From assembly GCA_038245785.1 (NCBI GenBank), contig JBBRSB010000005.1:11110-75109 (forward strand): DNA of 64,000 bases, written 5' to 3'. Each line of letters begins with the position of its first letter. Position 1 is the stretch's first letter. Of the stretch, positions 8,583 through 18,737 are shown piece by piece. Position numbers and translations under genes: made by a program. Origin of the DNA: Gloeobacterales cyanobacterium (GTDB lineage: Bacteria; Cyanobacteriota; Cyanobacteriia; Gloeobacterales; PMM-0068). The notes under the pieces are model-generated. The model was not told the origin of the DNA. It saw only the letters and a program-made list of their open reading frames with translations, and did no database searches.

Positions 8583-10505
8583 TCAACTAGAAAAATAGAG
8601 CTTCAGCACAGTTGGGTCCAAGCTGTGAACAACTTTGATCTCTGGCAAACTTTGGCTGAGCGTTTTGCCATAGCCTTTGCGGGTCATCCGTGGATCTAAG
8701 ATAGCAACCACACCCCGATCCTGACGAGAACGAATTAATCTACCAAAACCCTGTTTCAGCCGCAGGGATGCGTAGGGTAACGCGAGGGCTGTGAACCAAG
8801 CCCAGGTATCTCCACCCTGCTTGAGCTGTTCACAACGGGCATCATATACAGGGTCTCCGGGAGATTGAAACGGAATCCGGTCAATAATCACCAAGCTGAG
8901 CTGAGGGCCATCTACGGAAACCCCTTCCCAGAAACTATTGGTGGCAAAAAGGACAGGATTGGGAGTAGAGCGAAACCATTCCAAAAGTTGGCGCTTCGGC
9001 ATCTGTTTTTGATGGTGACTGGGCCAGAGAATTTTTTCGGACAACGCCTCATAGCACTGCAGCATGGCTCCCATGGAAGTAAATAAAACAAACGCCCGTC
9101 CTTGAGAAAGATTGACCAATTTCTCTACTTCTAAAGCGACCTGTTCATTAAAGGCTGGTTGATTGGGGTCTGGTAGATGACGAGGTAAATAGAGCAGAGC
9201 CTGTTCTTTAAAGTTAAAGGGACTGCTAAATTTGAGCTCTAGAGCCTTCTGCGGTTCCAGCCCTACTTGCACCCGGAAATAAGCAAAGGGGTCACTTCCT
9301 CCAGTTGTTAAAGTGGCAGAAGTCCAGACACTGGTCGGGCTGTCCTCTGAGAAAAACCAGCTTTGTAGTTGAGAAGCCAGGTCTAAGGGCGCACTCGAAA
9401 ATGCAGCTTTGGTTCCAGTCCGAGTAGATTCTGTTTGTTGCCAGCTTACCCACTGGGGAGAGGGATGCATCAGTAAGTGGAGATGCCCCAAATAGCCTGC
9501 CAGGATGTCTGACAATCGGTCTCTACGCATCAGAGAGACGGCACTTTCTAGATTCTTTTCCTCGTCTTTCTCCTTAAGGTTGAGGCTCAGGAGATTTTTC
9601 TGGAGGGCCGTAATTTTTTGGTGAAGATGCGCTAAGTCTAATTGGTCAGGGTCCAAGCTCCGGCTACTGGGATTTTCTAACACTCTCGCGAAGACTTGAT
9701 TCGCTATCTGCTCAACCGCTACTCTGGCAAGCTCTACTTGCGCAAACTGCTTACGAATCCGCTTCAACGTCCTTCTAAGACCAAAGTTGCTAAATTCCAG
9801 CGTAAGGGTTCGGGTCGCATACTCAGCAAACTGATGGGCTTCATCCACTACCAAAAAGTCATAGGGTGGCAGCAGTTGGCGGCTGGTGGCCCAATCCATA
9901 AGGAGCAGGGCATGGTTCGTCACGAGAATCTGTGTCTGGGCCAGATTGCGTCGTGACTGAAAGTAAAAACACTCGCTAAAGTGTGGGCAGCGTTCCCGCA
10001 GACAATCATCGCCATCGGAGCGCACTTCATCCCACAGTTCGGGAGAGGGTTGAACCTTGAGCTCAGACCAGTCTCCTTCTAGAGAAGTGTCTACCCAAGT
10101 TCTAAATTCTTCTGGCGTCGCTTGGGCCAGCAAATATTCATCCCAACGACGCTTAGAAAGATAGTGCCCTCGACCTTTAACTAATTGGGCCGTAAAAGGG
10201 ATGCCCAAGGCTTTTTGCAGGAGAGGAATATCTTTGTAGAGATACTGTTCCTGAAGTGCGATGGTCGCTGTAGAGATAACGACCCTCTTGCCCGTGAGGA
10301 CGGCAGGGACCAGAGCCGCAAAGCTTTTCCCTGTGCCCGTTCCTGCTTCTGCGACTACAGGCATTTTTTCGGCAAAGCCCCGGTGGATAGCCCGAGCCAT
10401 TTCCAATTGAGCGGCCCGCACTTCGTACCCAGACAGAGCCCCAGCTATTTTGGTAAAAGCTTGATCAAGGGAGAGGAGCGGCTGGGAATGTGCAGAAGAT
10501 GACAC
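8583..10505 (-). CDS. dinG: DinG/Rad3-family ATP-dependent DNA helicase
   Basis: Walker A AEAGTGTGKSFA, DEAH box VVDEAHQF, a Cys cluster DDCLRERCPHFSECFYF (FeS domain), and C-terminal helicase motifs FGRLIR. Confidence 0.85.
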   Translation of the reverse strand: MSSSAHSQPLLSLDQAFTKIAGALSGYEVRAAQLEMARAIHRGFAEKMPVVAEAGTGTGKSFAALVPAVLTGKRVVISTATIALQEQYLYKDIPLLQKALGIPFTAQLVKGRGHYLSKRRWDEYLLAQATPEEFRTWVDTSLEGDWSELKVQPSPELWDEVRSDGDDCLRERCPHFSECFYFQSRRNLAQTQILVTNHALLLMDWATSRQLLPPYDFLVVDEAHQFAEYATRTLTLEFSNFGLRRTLKRIRKQFAQVELARVAVEQIANQVFARVLENPSSRSLDPDQLDLAHLHQKITALQKNLLSLNLKEKDEEKNLESAVSLMRRDRLSDILAGYLGHLHLLMHPSPQWVSWQQTESTRTGTKAAFSSAPLDLASQLQSWFFSEDSPTSVWTSATLTTGGSDPFAYFRVQVGLEPQKALELKFSSPFNFKEQALLYLPRHLPDPNQPAFNEQVALEVEKLVNLSQGRAFVLFTSMGAMLQCYEALSEKILWPSHHQKQMPKRQLLEWFRSTPNPVLFATNSFWEGVSVDGPQLSLVIIDRIPFQSPGDPVYDARCEQLKQGGDTWAWFTALALPYASLRLKQGFGRLIRSRQDRGVVAILDPRMTRKGYGKTLSQSLPEIKVVHSLDPTVLKLYFSS

Positions 10506-10994
10506 AGAATCATGTAGATATCTTCATTCATGATGCTATAAATAAAGGCTAATTGCTTGTTCTTCAGTAATTCTCTGGATGTTCGATGTTACCTTTCTAA
10601 AGAGATATGTATTTCAAGGATGAATCGTTATAAAACGTAACAAGTCAATTCTCCACTTATACGTTCCTGTCCCTCTCAAAAAAAATGGATGTATAAACCC
10701 TGAAAGCCGCTATTCTAATAGAATCTAGCTCGGCCATGTACCCTGAGATAGTAACAGTGACAAGGCCCTGACAAAGTGGCGCACAACAGGAACTCCTTCT
10801 TGTCAGGATTAAGCCCTGATAGGAATGTAAGTCCTACGTTGACTTTGGAGAAGGGCAGTGTTATCAGAGTTAGAGGAAAACTTAAGTTGTTCTTTAATTA
10901 GAACGATTCCAAGTAGACCCCTCATGGCGTCATTCTGTGTTATCACATATGCGCCAGAAAGTTGACGTTTTTCAGTCAGGAGTCCCCACAAATT

Positions 10995-11480
10995 ATGAGT
11001 GCTATCACCAAAGCTGTCCTGAACGCGGATGCTGAAGCCCGCTACTTGAGCCCTGGAGAATTGGATGTAATCCGTACCTATCTGCAATCTGGAGAGCGTC
11101 GTGTGCGCGTAGCCCGTGCACTGGCCGAGAATGCCCAAAAGATTGTCAGAGCAGCCGGAGATCAGCTATTCCAGAAGCGACCTGATATTGTTTCTCCCGG
11201 TGGCAATGCCTTCGGTGAAGTAAGAACTGCCAAGTGTCTACGTGATATGGATTATTTTCTTCGCATGATCGCCTATGGCGTTCTTGCTGGAGATACTGCT
11301 CCGATTGATGAAATTTGTTTGATTGGCATCAAGGAAACGTATCGTCTTCTAGAAGTCCCAGTCCCTCCTACGGTTGAAGGCATCAAGAACATGAAGGCCC
11401 AAGCCGTAAGCATGATGTCTGGAGACGATGCCGCAGAAGCTGGCTTCTACTTCGATTACGTCATTAGCGCAATGTCTTAA
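10995..11480 (+). CDS. second allophycocyanin alpha-type subunit (ApcA paralog)
   Basis: [26 protein letters not shown]...[35 protein letters not shown]; 161 aa. Start set at the ATG 12 nt after the CAGGAG RBS rather than the track TTG at 10962. Confidence 0.9.
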   Translation: MSAITKAVLNADAEARYLSPGELDVIRTYLQSGERRVRVARALAENAQKIVRAAGDQLFQKRPDIVSPGGNAFGEVRTAKCLRDMDYFLRMIAYGVLAGDTAPIDEICLIGIKETYRLLEVPVPPTVEGIKNMKAQAVSMMSGDDAAEAGFYFDYVISAMS

Positions 11481-11542
11481 TAACATGCCGTACATCCCTC
11501 GCGGAATGCGGTGCTAAAAAAACTACAAGGAGAACCTTCCAT

Positions 11543-12034
11543 ATGGCAATCGATGCAGTCACCCGGGTAATCAACCGAACTGATTCCCAGGGTAAATATG
11601 CTCTAGGTGCAGACCTAGATGAAATCGCAAATTTCTTTAGCGGCGGAGAAGCACGCTTAAGAGCTGCTTCTGCAATCAGTGCGAATGCTTCTGCCATTCT
11701 GCGCCAATCTGTTTCCCGCCTGTTTAGTGAGCAGCCTGACTTGCTCCGTCCAGGTGGATATAGCTATACTTCTCGTCGCTATGCCGCCTGTGTGCGTGAT
11801 ATGGAGTATTTCCTGCGCTACACTTCCTATGCTTTGGTGGCTGGTGACACTTCCATCCTTGATGAGCGCGTGCTAAATGGCTTGAAAGAAACCTATACTT
11901 CTTTGGGCGTTCCTATCGCGTCTACCGTATCTGGTATCGCTGCCATGAAGAGTGTAGTCGCTGAGATGGTTGGTGGAGATGCCGCACAGCAAACCAACCG
12001 TTACTTCGACCATTTGGCTCAGGGGCTGGGCTAA
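11543..12034 (+). CDS. second allophycocyanin beta-type subunit (ApcB paralog) with GGYSY instead of GGNAY
   Basis: MAIDAVTRVINRTDSQGKY...[58 protein letters not shown]; AAGGAGA RBS. Confidence 0.9.
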   Translation: MAIDAVTRVINRTDSQGKYALGADLDEIANFFSGGEARLRAASAISANASAILRQSVSRLFSEQPDLLRPGGYSYTSRRYAACVRDMEYFLRYTSYALVAGDTSILDERVLNGLKETYTSLGVPIASTVSGIAAMKSVVAEMVGGDAAQQTNRYFDHLAQGLG

Positions 12035-12051
12035 AACTTTCTTACCTCTTG

Positions 12052-12078
12052 GAGGGCCTTGTTAGGCCCTCTTTTTTG
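12052..12078 (+). terminator. rho-independent terminator after the second apcAB pair
   Basis: gagggcc-ttgtta-ggccctc followed by ttttttg. Confidence 0.8.
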
Positions 12079-12664
12079 TTGGCTAGTATACGAAGGCCCA
12101 GGTCTCCCTTTTACTGCCTTCCTGGTACGCAAATCGGCTGATGTGTATGCCTTCCTTCGCTTTTATGTGGTTGTCACACGCTCATGCCCACCAAGATTGT
12201 TTCTAGGGCCTTGTAGGCAGAGTACATATCCCAAATAGTGTCTATTGTGCTCTAAACAGTGTCGAGACTTAGGACTAAATTGATAATTCATAGTCTTCCG
12301 AACTATTGTCAATTGGTTCCAGCCGAGTTCATTAGCCTATTGTCAGGGGCTGTCGAGAAGGTCCGAGTAGAAGGCTGGAGGAAATACCGACCCATCCTGA
12401 CAGAGTAAAGTCTAAAGCTTCTTTTAGGGCTAACAGAGGGTTATAGCCTCCATGAAATACTTACTTCGTAAGGAAACAATCTGAATGGTATTGGAGGTTT
12501 GATGTGCGTCTTGTAGGGAAACGTACATGCTCGTTAGAGAGAATCTCACTAAATCTCTGATAACCAAATTCAAAAAATAAGACAATTTATGGTCAGCATC
12601 TCAGAAGATCTATACAGATGATTCGATTGTCACTATACTGTGATTGTCGCTTAGGTAAAAATCC

Positions 12665-13036
12665 ATGGCTCCAGTAACTGGGAAAGATTTACTCAAAAAA
12701 GTTGAAGAACTCAAAGGTACTCCAAAGAAAGAAATGGCTCGTGCACTAGGTTTTGTATCCAAAACCAAAACGGGGCAGGAGCGGGTCAAACTTGCTTCTT
12801 TCATGAATGCTTTGTTGGAAGCAAAGGGTGTTGGCTTTGGTGGAAGTTCTGAGCGTGATGGACGGGGTGGACGCTCTGCCTCCTATCGCATCCAAGTTCA
12901 ACAAAATGGCAACTTGTTGGTGGGTGCAGCTTATACCCGTGAGATGGGTCTAGAGCCTGGTACAGAGTTTGAGATCCAACTGGGACGCAAACATATCAAA
13001 TTGGTCAAAGTCAATGGTGGTGATGGAGACGAGTAG
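12665..13036 (+). CDS. cyanobacterial AbrB-family transcriptional regulator (cyAbrB/CalA-type)
   Basis: N-terminus MAPVTGKDLLKKVEELKGTPKKEMARALGF and a C-terminal AbrB/SpoVT fold signature GNLLVGAAYTREMGLEPGTEFEIQLGRKHIKLV. Confidence 0.8.
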   Translation: MAPVTGKDLLKKVEELKGTPKKEMARALGFVSKTKTGQERVKLASFMNALLEAKGVGFGGSSERDGRGGRSASYRIQVQQNGNLLVGAAYTREMGLEPGTEFEIQLGRKHIKLVKVNGGDGDE

Positions 13037-13563
13037 TTCTATAGAACGTGACAGACGGTCGCAGTATGCCAATACGGAGGACTGTGGAAAAACCTCTAGT
13101 GCTGAACTCAACTATGTTCGAATCGACGGTGTAAAGTATGTTTGGAAGTTTGCTCCCTTGGCAAAATCACATCTGCACTAGGCTTCAATCCATAGACAAT
13201 ATCTAATGCATAAGCTCTAAAGCTTGGTGGATGCTCTTTCTAAAGTCTGCTTTCTCTGGAGCTTATGTCGTTATGGATGGATATCGGTGGCGTGATCCCT
13301 TAAAAAAGGATAAATGGTCGTCTCTAAGCAGCAATAATAAGGAGTCGTTACAAATGATTCCTTCCCCCTCGTCCGTTTTTACCCTTGCCCTACAGTCGCA
13401 GCCTATAGCGCTGTCCTATTAGGACTATATAGGGAGTGTTTAAGTATGATCCTTCATGCTCTCGGAAACATTTGGCCTTCGCACCTTTCTTGCTTCGGAA
13501 TTTTGAATAGTAGAACCTATAGTCACTCACTATGCTGCTGCAAGCCTACTATCCGTCGCCAAG

Positions 13564-13597
13564 TTTTTTGTCCAAGAACTTATTCTTGAACAAAAAA
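13564..13597. terminator. bidirectional terminator between convergent cyAbrB and lexA
   Basis: ttttttgtccaagaa-ctta-ttcttgaacaaaaaa forms a 15-bp stem with one mismatch. The stem's U/A runs allow termination in both directions. Confidence 0.65.
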
Positions 13598-13614
13598 GTG
13601 CTGTAAAGGCCATG

Positions 13615-14202
13615 CTATAGCTTACGAATCAATCCGGTCATCACACCGCACACTTCGAGACCACTGCGAGGATGAATCGGAGGATACTTTTCGTTAGCTG
13701 GATCGAGCCAAGTTTTGCCATTTCGGTTGCGCAAATACTTAAGGGTCATTTCTCCATCAATGCGCGCCACAATAATTTGTCCATCGCGGGCTTGACTGGT
13801 AGCAGCTACTACTACAATGTCTCCTTCGTAGATGCCTGCATTGACCATTGAATCGCCCTTCACTTTTAGTAAGAAGGTTTGATGGCGGTCCTGGATCAGG
13901 TAATCATCTAAAGACATGCGTTGGTCTAAGTAATCTTCTTCTACCCCTACGGGTTCTCCTGCGGGTATGCGGGTTTCTAGAAGGGGGACACCTAGCAGTT
14001 TGGGATGGATATAAAAGCGGGTACTTTCTGGGCGGTCTTTGGCCAAATAGCCCGTTTCTTCTAAAACTTGAATCCAGCGATAGACGGTAGTGCGATGTTG
14101 CCTAAGGTCATCCGCAAGCGTACGGATAGGAGGCAAAGGCCTATTTCCATAGGTGTCAATGAGTTGCTGTAAAAACTCTCTTTGGCGTCTGGTAATCGAC
14201 AT
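13615..14202 (-). CDS. lexA: LexA repressor (S24 peptidase)
   Basis: N-terminal winged HTH (TVYRWIQVLEETGYL), Ala-Gly site in RIPAGEPV, catalytic Ser in KGDSMVNAGI and Lys in MTLKYL. Confidence 0.9.
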   Translation of the reverse strand: MSITRRQREFLQQLIDTYGNRPLPPIRTLADDLRQHRTTVYRWIQVLEETGYLAKDRPESTRFYIHPKLLGVPLLETRIPAGEPVGVEEDYLDQRMSLDDYLIQDRHQTFLLKVKGDSMVNAGIYEGDIVVVAATSQARDGQIIVARIDGEMTLKYLRNRNGKTWLDPANEKYPPIHPRSGLEVCGVMTGLIRKL

Positions 14203-14227
14203 ATTAGGTTGCAGGCAAAATGATTGG

Positions 14228-14241
14228 AGTACTTATGTACA
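14228..14241. promoter_or_regulatory. candidate cyanobacterial LexA box in the lexA/mfd divergent region
   Basis: AGTACTTATGTACA matches 13 of 14 positions of the RGTACNNNDGTWCB consensus reported for cyanobacterial LexA. It lies 26 nt upstream of the lexA start. Confidence 0.5.
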
Positions 14242-14374
14242 CATTGTGCCAAATCTTGTGTCATTTGTCCTCAAAAATATAAATAGCTTCTTCCTCCAAT
14301 AAAAACCTTAGACATTACGACGCAGATACCGTGGCCTCGTAGGACAATTGAATTAAGAAAAGATATCTAGAAGA

Positions 14375-17300
14375 GTGCCCATGTCCTTCCGTCCGCTGAT
14401 TCGCCAAGTCCAGACTTTGCCCTTCATTCAGGAAGCGCTGGCCAAACTAACTCCCGGAGAAAATCTTCACCTGCAAGGGGCTAACCGCGTCGCCCGTGGA
14501 CTGGTGGCGACTGTTTTGGCTCAAACCCAGAAAAATAGCTTATGTATAGTTTGTGGAACGTTGGAAGAAGCCGCCCGTTGGAGTGCCCAATTGGAATTGA
14601 TGGGTTGGGGGGTGGTGCATTTCTATCCCACTTCTGAAGCCTCTCCCTATGAGCCTTTTGATCCAGAAGAAGAGACCACCTGGGGACAACTTCAGGTTTT
14701 GGCAGAATTAGTCCATACCTCTGCAACGCCAAACTTAGCGATTGTCACTACGGAACGGGCCTTACAGCCTCATCTCCCGCCTAAAGACCGATTTAGAGAA
14801 TATGTCCAACAGGTAAGAGCTGGAGAAACTCTGGCGCTGGAATCCTTTATTCAGACCCTGGTCCGTTTGGGCTATGAACGGGCGAACACGGTGGAAACGG
14901 AAGGCCAGTTTGCCCGTCGCGGCGATATTGTCGATGTCTTTCCAGTCTCGGCGGAAATGCCTTTGCGGGTGGAATGGTTTGGCGATGAAGTAGAACGCAT
15001 TCGTGAATTTGATCCGAATACCCAGCGTTCCTTGGACTTGGTACCCCAGCTGCGCCTCACGCCTACAAACTTTGGCAGCGTAGTCTTACCCTTGCTTCAA
15101 GACCGATTGACCGATGCTCAGGTCCAGAGCTTGCCTACTGCAATGCAGGAGGATTACCAAAATAAAATCCTGGAAGACCAAATGCCAGAGGGTGCCCGTC
15201 GCTGGCTCGGTTTTGCCTTTGACCAGGTGCATTCCCTCTTAGACTATTTGCCGGAAGATACCCTGGTCGTTTTGGATGAACCAGCGCTTTGCTATGGCCA
15301 TGCCCGACGTTGGTTAGAACATTCCCAAGAGCAGTTTATAGAGGTTTTTGGTCAAGAACCTGAGCATTACCAACGGCTGCATCGCGATTGTTTTAACCAA
15401 CAATCCTTAGACCTGTTGCCTGACCTTAGAAGAACGTTCTCTGTGTTGTCTTTGAGTGAAATTGCAGCAGATGCGCGTTCTTCTGGCAATTTAGCTGCCC
15501 GTCCCGTACCTTCGGTGCCCCACCAGTTTGGGTCTTTGGCTACTATGCTCAGAGACCTGCGGGACGAGGGGATGGCGGTTTGGCTCATTTCTTCCCAACC
15601 CTCCCGCACCGTCGCTCTTTTACAGGAACACGATTGCCCTGCTCAGTTTTTAACCAATCCAGAGGACTACCGAGCGGCAGAACGTCTACAGCGTGACCGT
15701 GTGGCCGTAGCCCTCAAGTCTTCGGGGCTAGCAGAACTGGAAGGATTCATTCTGCCTACGCTGCGGACGGTGGTCGTTACCGACCGTGAATTTTTTGGCC
15801 AACATCTGCTGACGACCCCCAGCTATGTCCGTAAACGCCGTCGCGCCCAATCTAAACAAATTGATTTGGACAAGTTGCAGCCAGGAGATTTTGTCGTTCA
15901 TCGCAGCCATGGCATTGGTCAATTTAAGAAGCTAGAGACAATGGCGCTCAACCGGACCAGCCGTGAATATTTGGTAATTGAATACGCCGATGGTCTTTTG
16001 CGGGTGGCCGTGGACCAGATGGGTACGCTGTCGCGTTATCGAACTTTGGGCGAGGGAAGACCAGCGCTCTCAAAAATGAGTGGTGCTACCTGGGAAAAAC
16101 AAAAGCAGAAGGTCAAAAAAGCCGTCCAGAAAATTGCCTTCGATTTACTCAAACTCTATGCCCAGAGGGCAGAACAGCGCGGGGTGGTCTTCCCGCCGGA
16201 TAGTCCCTGGCAAGAAGAATTGGAATCCTCTTTTCCCTATCAAGTCACGCCTGACCAGCTAAAAGCAATTCAAGCGGTCAAACAGGATATGGAGCTGGAA
16301 CGACCGATGGACCGCCTCGTCTGTGGAGATGTCGGTTTTGGCAAAACGGAAGTAGCGGTACGGGCTGCCTTTAAAGCGCTCATGGGTGGCAAGCAGTGTG
16401 CGGTCTTGGTGCCGACTACGGTCCTAGCCCAGCAGCACTACCATACGTTTAAGGAACGTTTTGCGCCCTATCCGATTCGGATTGGCCTGCTCAACCGTTT
16501 TCGTTCACCAGCGGAGCGGAAGGTACTCATGGCACAGATGCAGACCGGAGACCTGGATTTGGTGGTTGGAACCCATCAACTTTTGGGCAAGGAAGTCCAG
16601 TTTAAGGATTTGGGACTTTTGGTCATTGATGAAGAGCAGCGCTTTGGCGTAGCCCAAAAAGAGAAAATCAAGCTTTTTAAGACTAAAGTCGATGTTTTGA
16701 CGCTCAGCGCGACACCGATTCCACGCACCTTATATATGGCCCTCTCTGGGGTGCGAGAAATGAGTTTAATTACTACTCCTCCCCCTTCTCGCCGTCCGAT
16801 TAAAACCCATCTTTCGCCGATGGACCTAGAAATGGTGCGGACTGCGATTGCCCAAGAATTGGACCGGGGCGGGCAGATTTTCTATGTTTTTAACCGAGTG
16901 GAAGGCATTGAAGAGGTCGCCGCTAAACTGCGAGAGATGTCTCCTTCGGCCCGCATCGTGATTGCCCACGGTCAGATGGATGAAGGGCAGTTAGAAACTA
17001 CGATGTTGGCTTTTTCCCAAGGGGAAGCAGATATTCTCGTCTGCACTACGATTATTGAGTCGGGGCTGGATATTCCGAGGGTGAATACCATCATTGTTGA
17101 GAATGCCAATCAACTGGGCCTTTCTCAGCTCTATCAATTGAGAGGTCGAGTGGGTCGCTCTGGCATTCAAGCCCATGCCTGGCTTTTCTATAAACGCGAT
17201 GAAGCCCTCACCGATCTAGCCCGTAAACGGCTACGGGCCATCCAAGAATTCACGCAGTTAGGCTCTGGCTATCAGTTGGCGATGCGGGATATGGAAATTC

Positions 17301-17878
17301 GAGGTGTAGGAAACCTTTTGGGCTCCGAACAATCGGGTCAATTGAATACTGTGGGCTTTGACCTCTATATGGAACTGTTAGAAGAGGCTATTCAAGAGAT
17401 TCGAGGTCAGGAAATTCCAACGGTGGACGATACCCAGATTGACCTCAGCCTCACCGCCTTTATTCCCGCTGATTACATTCTGGATCTGGATCGTAAGTTG
17501 GCAGCTTATCGTCATCTCTCCAGTTGTACCAACCGGGCAGAACTTCGGGAAACTTTGGCAGACTGGACGGATAGTTTTGGCCCGGTCCCGCCTCCTGCCC
17601 AACAGTTGGTCCGGGTGATGGAGGTGAAACTGATGGCTAAAAACCTTGGCTTCTCGCGCATCAAACCAGAAGGAGCTTCAGTTGTTCTAGAGACGGCCAT
17701 GGAAGCTCCAGCCTGGGATAAACTGCAGACGAAACTGACGTCTTCTCAACGAGAAAAATGTATCTATGTGCCTGGACGGGTCGTGATCCGGGCTTTGAAT
17801 GCTGAGCCAGGAAGTCAGCAGTTAGCGTTCCTCTCAGATATTTTAGAGCGGTGTAGTGCAGAACTGGTTTCGGTATAG
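14375..17878 (+). CDS. mfd: transcription-repair coupling factor Mfd
   Basis: 1167 aa. Contains a UvrB-homology N-terminus, the CarD-like region [14 protein letters not shown], helicase motifs [11 protein letters not shown] / DEEQRFG, and the TRG region. The start may be GTG 14375 or ATG 14381. Confidence 0.95.
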   Translation: MPMSFRPLIRQVQTLPFIQEALAKLTPGENLHLQGANRVARGLVATVLAQTQKNSLCIVCGTLEEAARWSAQLELMGWGVVHFYPTSEASPYEPFDPEEETTWGQLQVLAELVHTSATPNLAIVTTERALQPHLPPKDRFREYVQQVRAGETLALESFIQTLVRLGYERANTVETEGQFARRGDIVDVFPVSAEMPLRVEWFGDEVERIREFDPNTQRSLDLVPQLRLTPTNFGSVVLPLLQDRLTDAQVQSLPTAMQEDYQNKILEDQMPEGARRWLGFAFDQVHSLLDYLPEDTLVVLDEPALCYGHARRWLEHSQEQFIEVFGQEPEHYQRLHRDCFNQQSLDLLPDLRRTFSVLSLSEIAADARSSGNLAARPVPSVPHQFGSLATMLRDLRDEGMAVWLISSQPSRTVALLQEHDCPAQFLTNPEDYRAAERLQRDRVAVALKSSGLAELEGFILPTLRTVVVTDREFFGQHLLTTPSYVRKRRRAQSKQIDLDKLQPGDFVVHRSHGIGQFKKLETMALNRTSREYLVIEYADGLLRVAVDQMGTLSRYRTLGEGRPALSKMSGATWEKQKQKVKKAVQKIAFDLLKLYAQRAEQRGVVFPPDSPWQEELESSFPYQVTPDQLKAIQAVKQDMELERPMDRLVCGDVGFGKTEVAVRAAFKALMGGKQCAVLVPTTVLAQQHYHTFKERFAPYPIRIGLLNRFRSPAERKVLMAQMQTGDLDLVVGTHQLLGKEVQFKDLGLLVIDEEQRFGVAQKEKIKLFKTKVDVLTLSATPIPRTLYMALSGVREMSLITTPPPSRRPIKTHLSPMDLEMVRTAIAQELDRGGQIFYVFNRVEGIEEVAAKLREMSPSARIVIAHGQMDEGQLETTMLAFSQGEADILVCTTIIESGLDIPRVNTIIVENANQLGLSQLYQLRGRVGRSGIQAHAWLFYKRDEALTDLARKRLRAIQEFTQLGSGYQLAMRDMEIRGVGNLLGSEQSGQLNTVGFDLYMELLEEAIQEIRGQEIPTVDDTQIDLSLTAFIPADYILDLDRKLAAYRHLSSCTNRAELRETLADWTDSFGPVPPPAQQLVRVMEVKLMAKNLGFSRIKPEGASVVLETAMEAPAWDKLQTKLTSSQREKCIYVPGRVVIRALNAEPGSQQLAFLSDILERCSAELVSV

Positions 17879-17893
17879 GAGGAAAACCGTCGG

Positions 17894-18202
17894 ATGAGAA
17901 CCTTTCAACGTGGTGATATTTTTAATGTGATTCTAGAAAAATCAGGGTACCAAAGGCTCTGCATTGTCACTCGGGTAGAGGCTACCAGTGCCGGGTTGGA
18001 CGATGAAGAGCTAACAGCCCTGACGGTCTTTATTCAATATGCGCCCAAAGATGGAAAAGCAGGTTTGGGTTGGTTTATCGCTCGCCCGTTGCCAGATCAA
18101 ACGAATCCAGTGCGCAGCTTGATTAAGGAAGGTAGTCGTTATATTTGGACAGGGAAAACAGCCGATCCAGAGACTGCTTGGAGTGCTGAATTATTAGGTT
18201 AG
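17894..18202 (+). CDS. hypothetical protein
   Basis: 102-aa ORF directly after mfd with a GGAGGA RBS. No motif recognised. Confidence 0.4.
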   Translation: MRTFQRGDIFNVILEKSGYQRLCIVTRVEATSAGLDDEELTALTVFIQYAPKDGKAGLGWFIARPLPDQTNPVRSLIKEGSRYIWTGKTADPETAWSAELLG

Positions 18203-18226
18203 GGCAACTATATCAAGTGAAGTACA

Positions 18227-18442
18227 GTGGAGTCTATTATGACAGTACAATCGTCGATGCCAAATCCATCTTTTGATCAGTACCTTCTAGGAAACCTGCG
18301 TCGAGCACGTCTGGAGATAGAAGAGTTAGGACTGCAACTTGAGGAGGTTATTGCCAAGCTTGATGAAGAGATCCGTCAGCAACAGATGAAACGAGTACAA
18401 CAGTCATCAAATATATCTGAGAATAATCCAGTTAATGGGTGA
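18227..18442 (+). CDS. hypothetical small coiled-coil protein
   Basis: 71-aa ORF (alternative ATG at 18239) with heptad-like LEIEELGLQLEEVIAKLDEEIRQQQ. Confidence 0.3.
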   Translation: MESIMTVQSSMPNPSFDQYLLGNLRRARLEIEELGLQLEEVIAKLDEEIRQQQMKRVQQSSNISENNPVNG

Positions 18443-18737
18443 TTAATACGTCCTAACAATTACCTTAATCCTCATTTACTTTTCTAATTTGTCAATTTCA
18501 TATCATTCAATAGGGCTCCTGTATGAATCTCGGAAGTTCCCGTTCGGCTAACGCTCAGGGAAGTCTAAATCTCCCGTAGCAAAGCTTCCCGGAGGGTATT
18601 CTGAGAGACCCTTGAGTGCAGAACCCCCAGAATTGGGGGGCAGGGGGGCAAATGTCAATTCATGAAAGAAGAAGCCCCCACAGTTAGAAAGCATGAGGGC
18701 TATGTGTTTTAAAGATAGAGCTTATTGCAATCTGTGA

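Noticed and set aside
10995-12034. Second apcA/apcB pair as ApcD/ApcF terminal emitters or as part of a far-red (FaRLiP) cluster
   Set aside because: The alpha paralog keeps the ApcA-type N-terminus ([23 protein letters not shown]) rather than the ApcD pattern (ADDELRYPS, DYGWYLR). The beta paralog has the ApcB-type length rather than the longer ApcF length (about 169 aa) and lacks the GGNAY that ApcF keeps. No psa/psb paralogs or rfpABC genes are nearby. The adjacent ApcE keeps its chromophore Cys and four REPs, unlike the short ApcE2 of FaRLiP clusters.
13105-13135. tRNA T-loop-like GTTCGAATC at 13117..13125
   Set aside because: The flanking pentamers (ctatg / cgacg) cannot form a T-stem, and no acceptor or anticodon arms can be drawn.
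18520-18700. G/C-run hairpins (ccccca-gaat-tggggg at about 18625..18640, and gggggc...gccccc) as a structured ncRNA
   Set aside because: The stems are short and lie between two convergent genes. They are more simply weak terminators. No known RNA family is recognisable.
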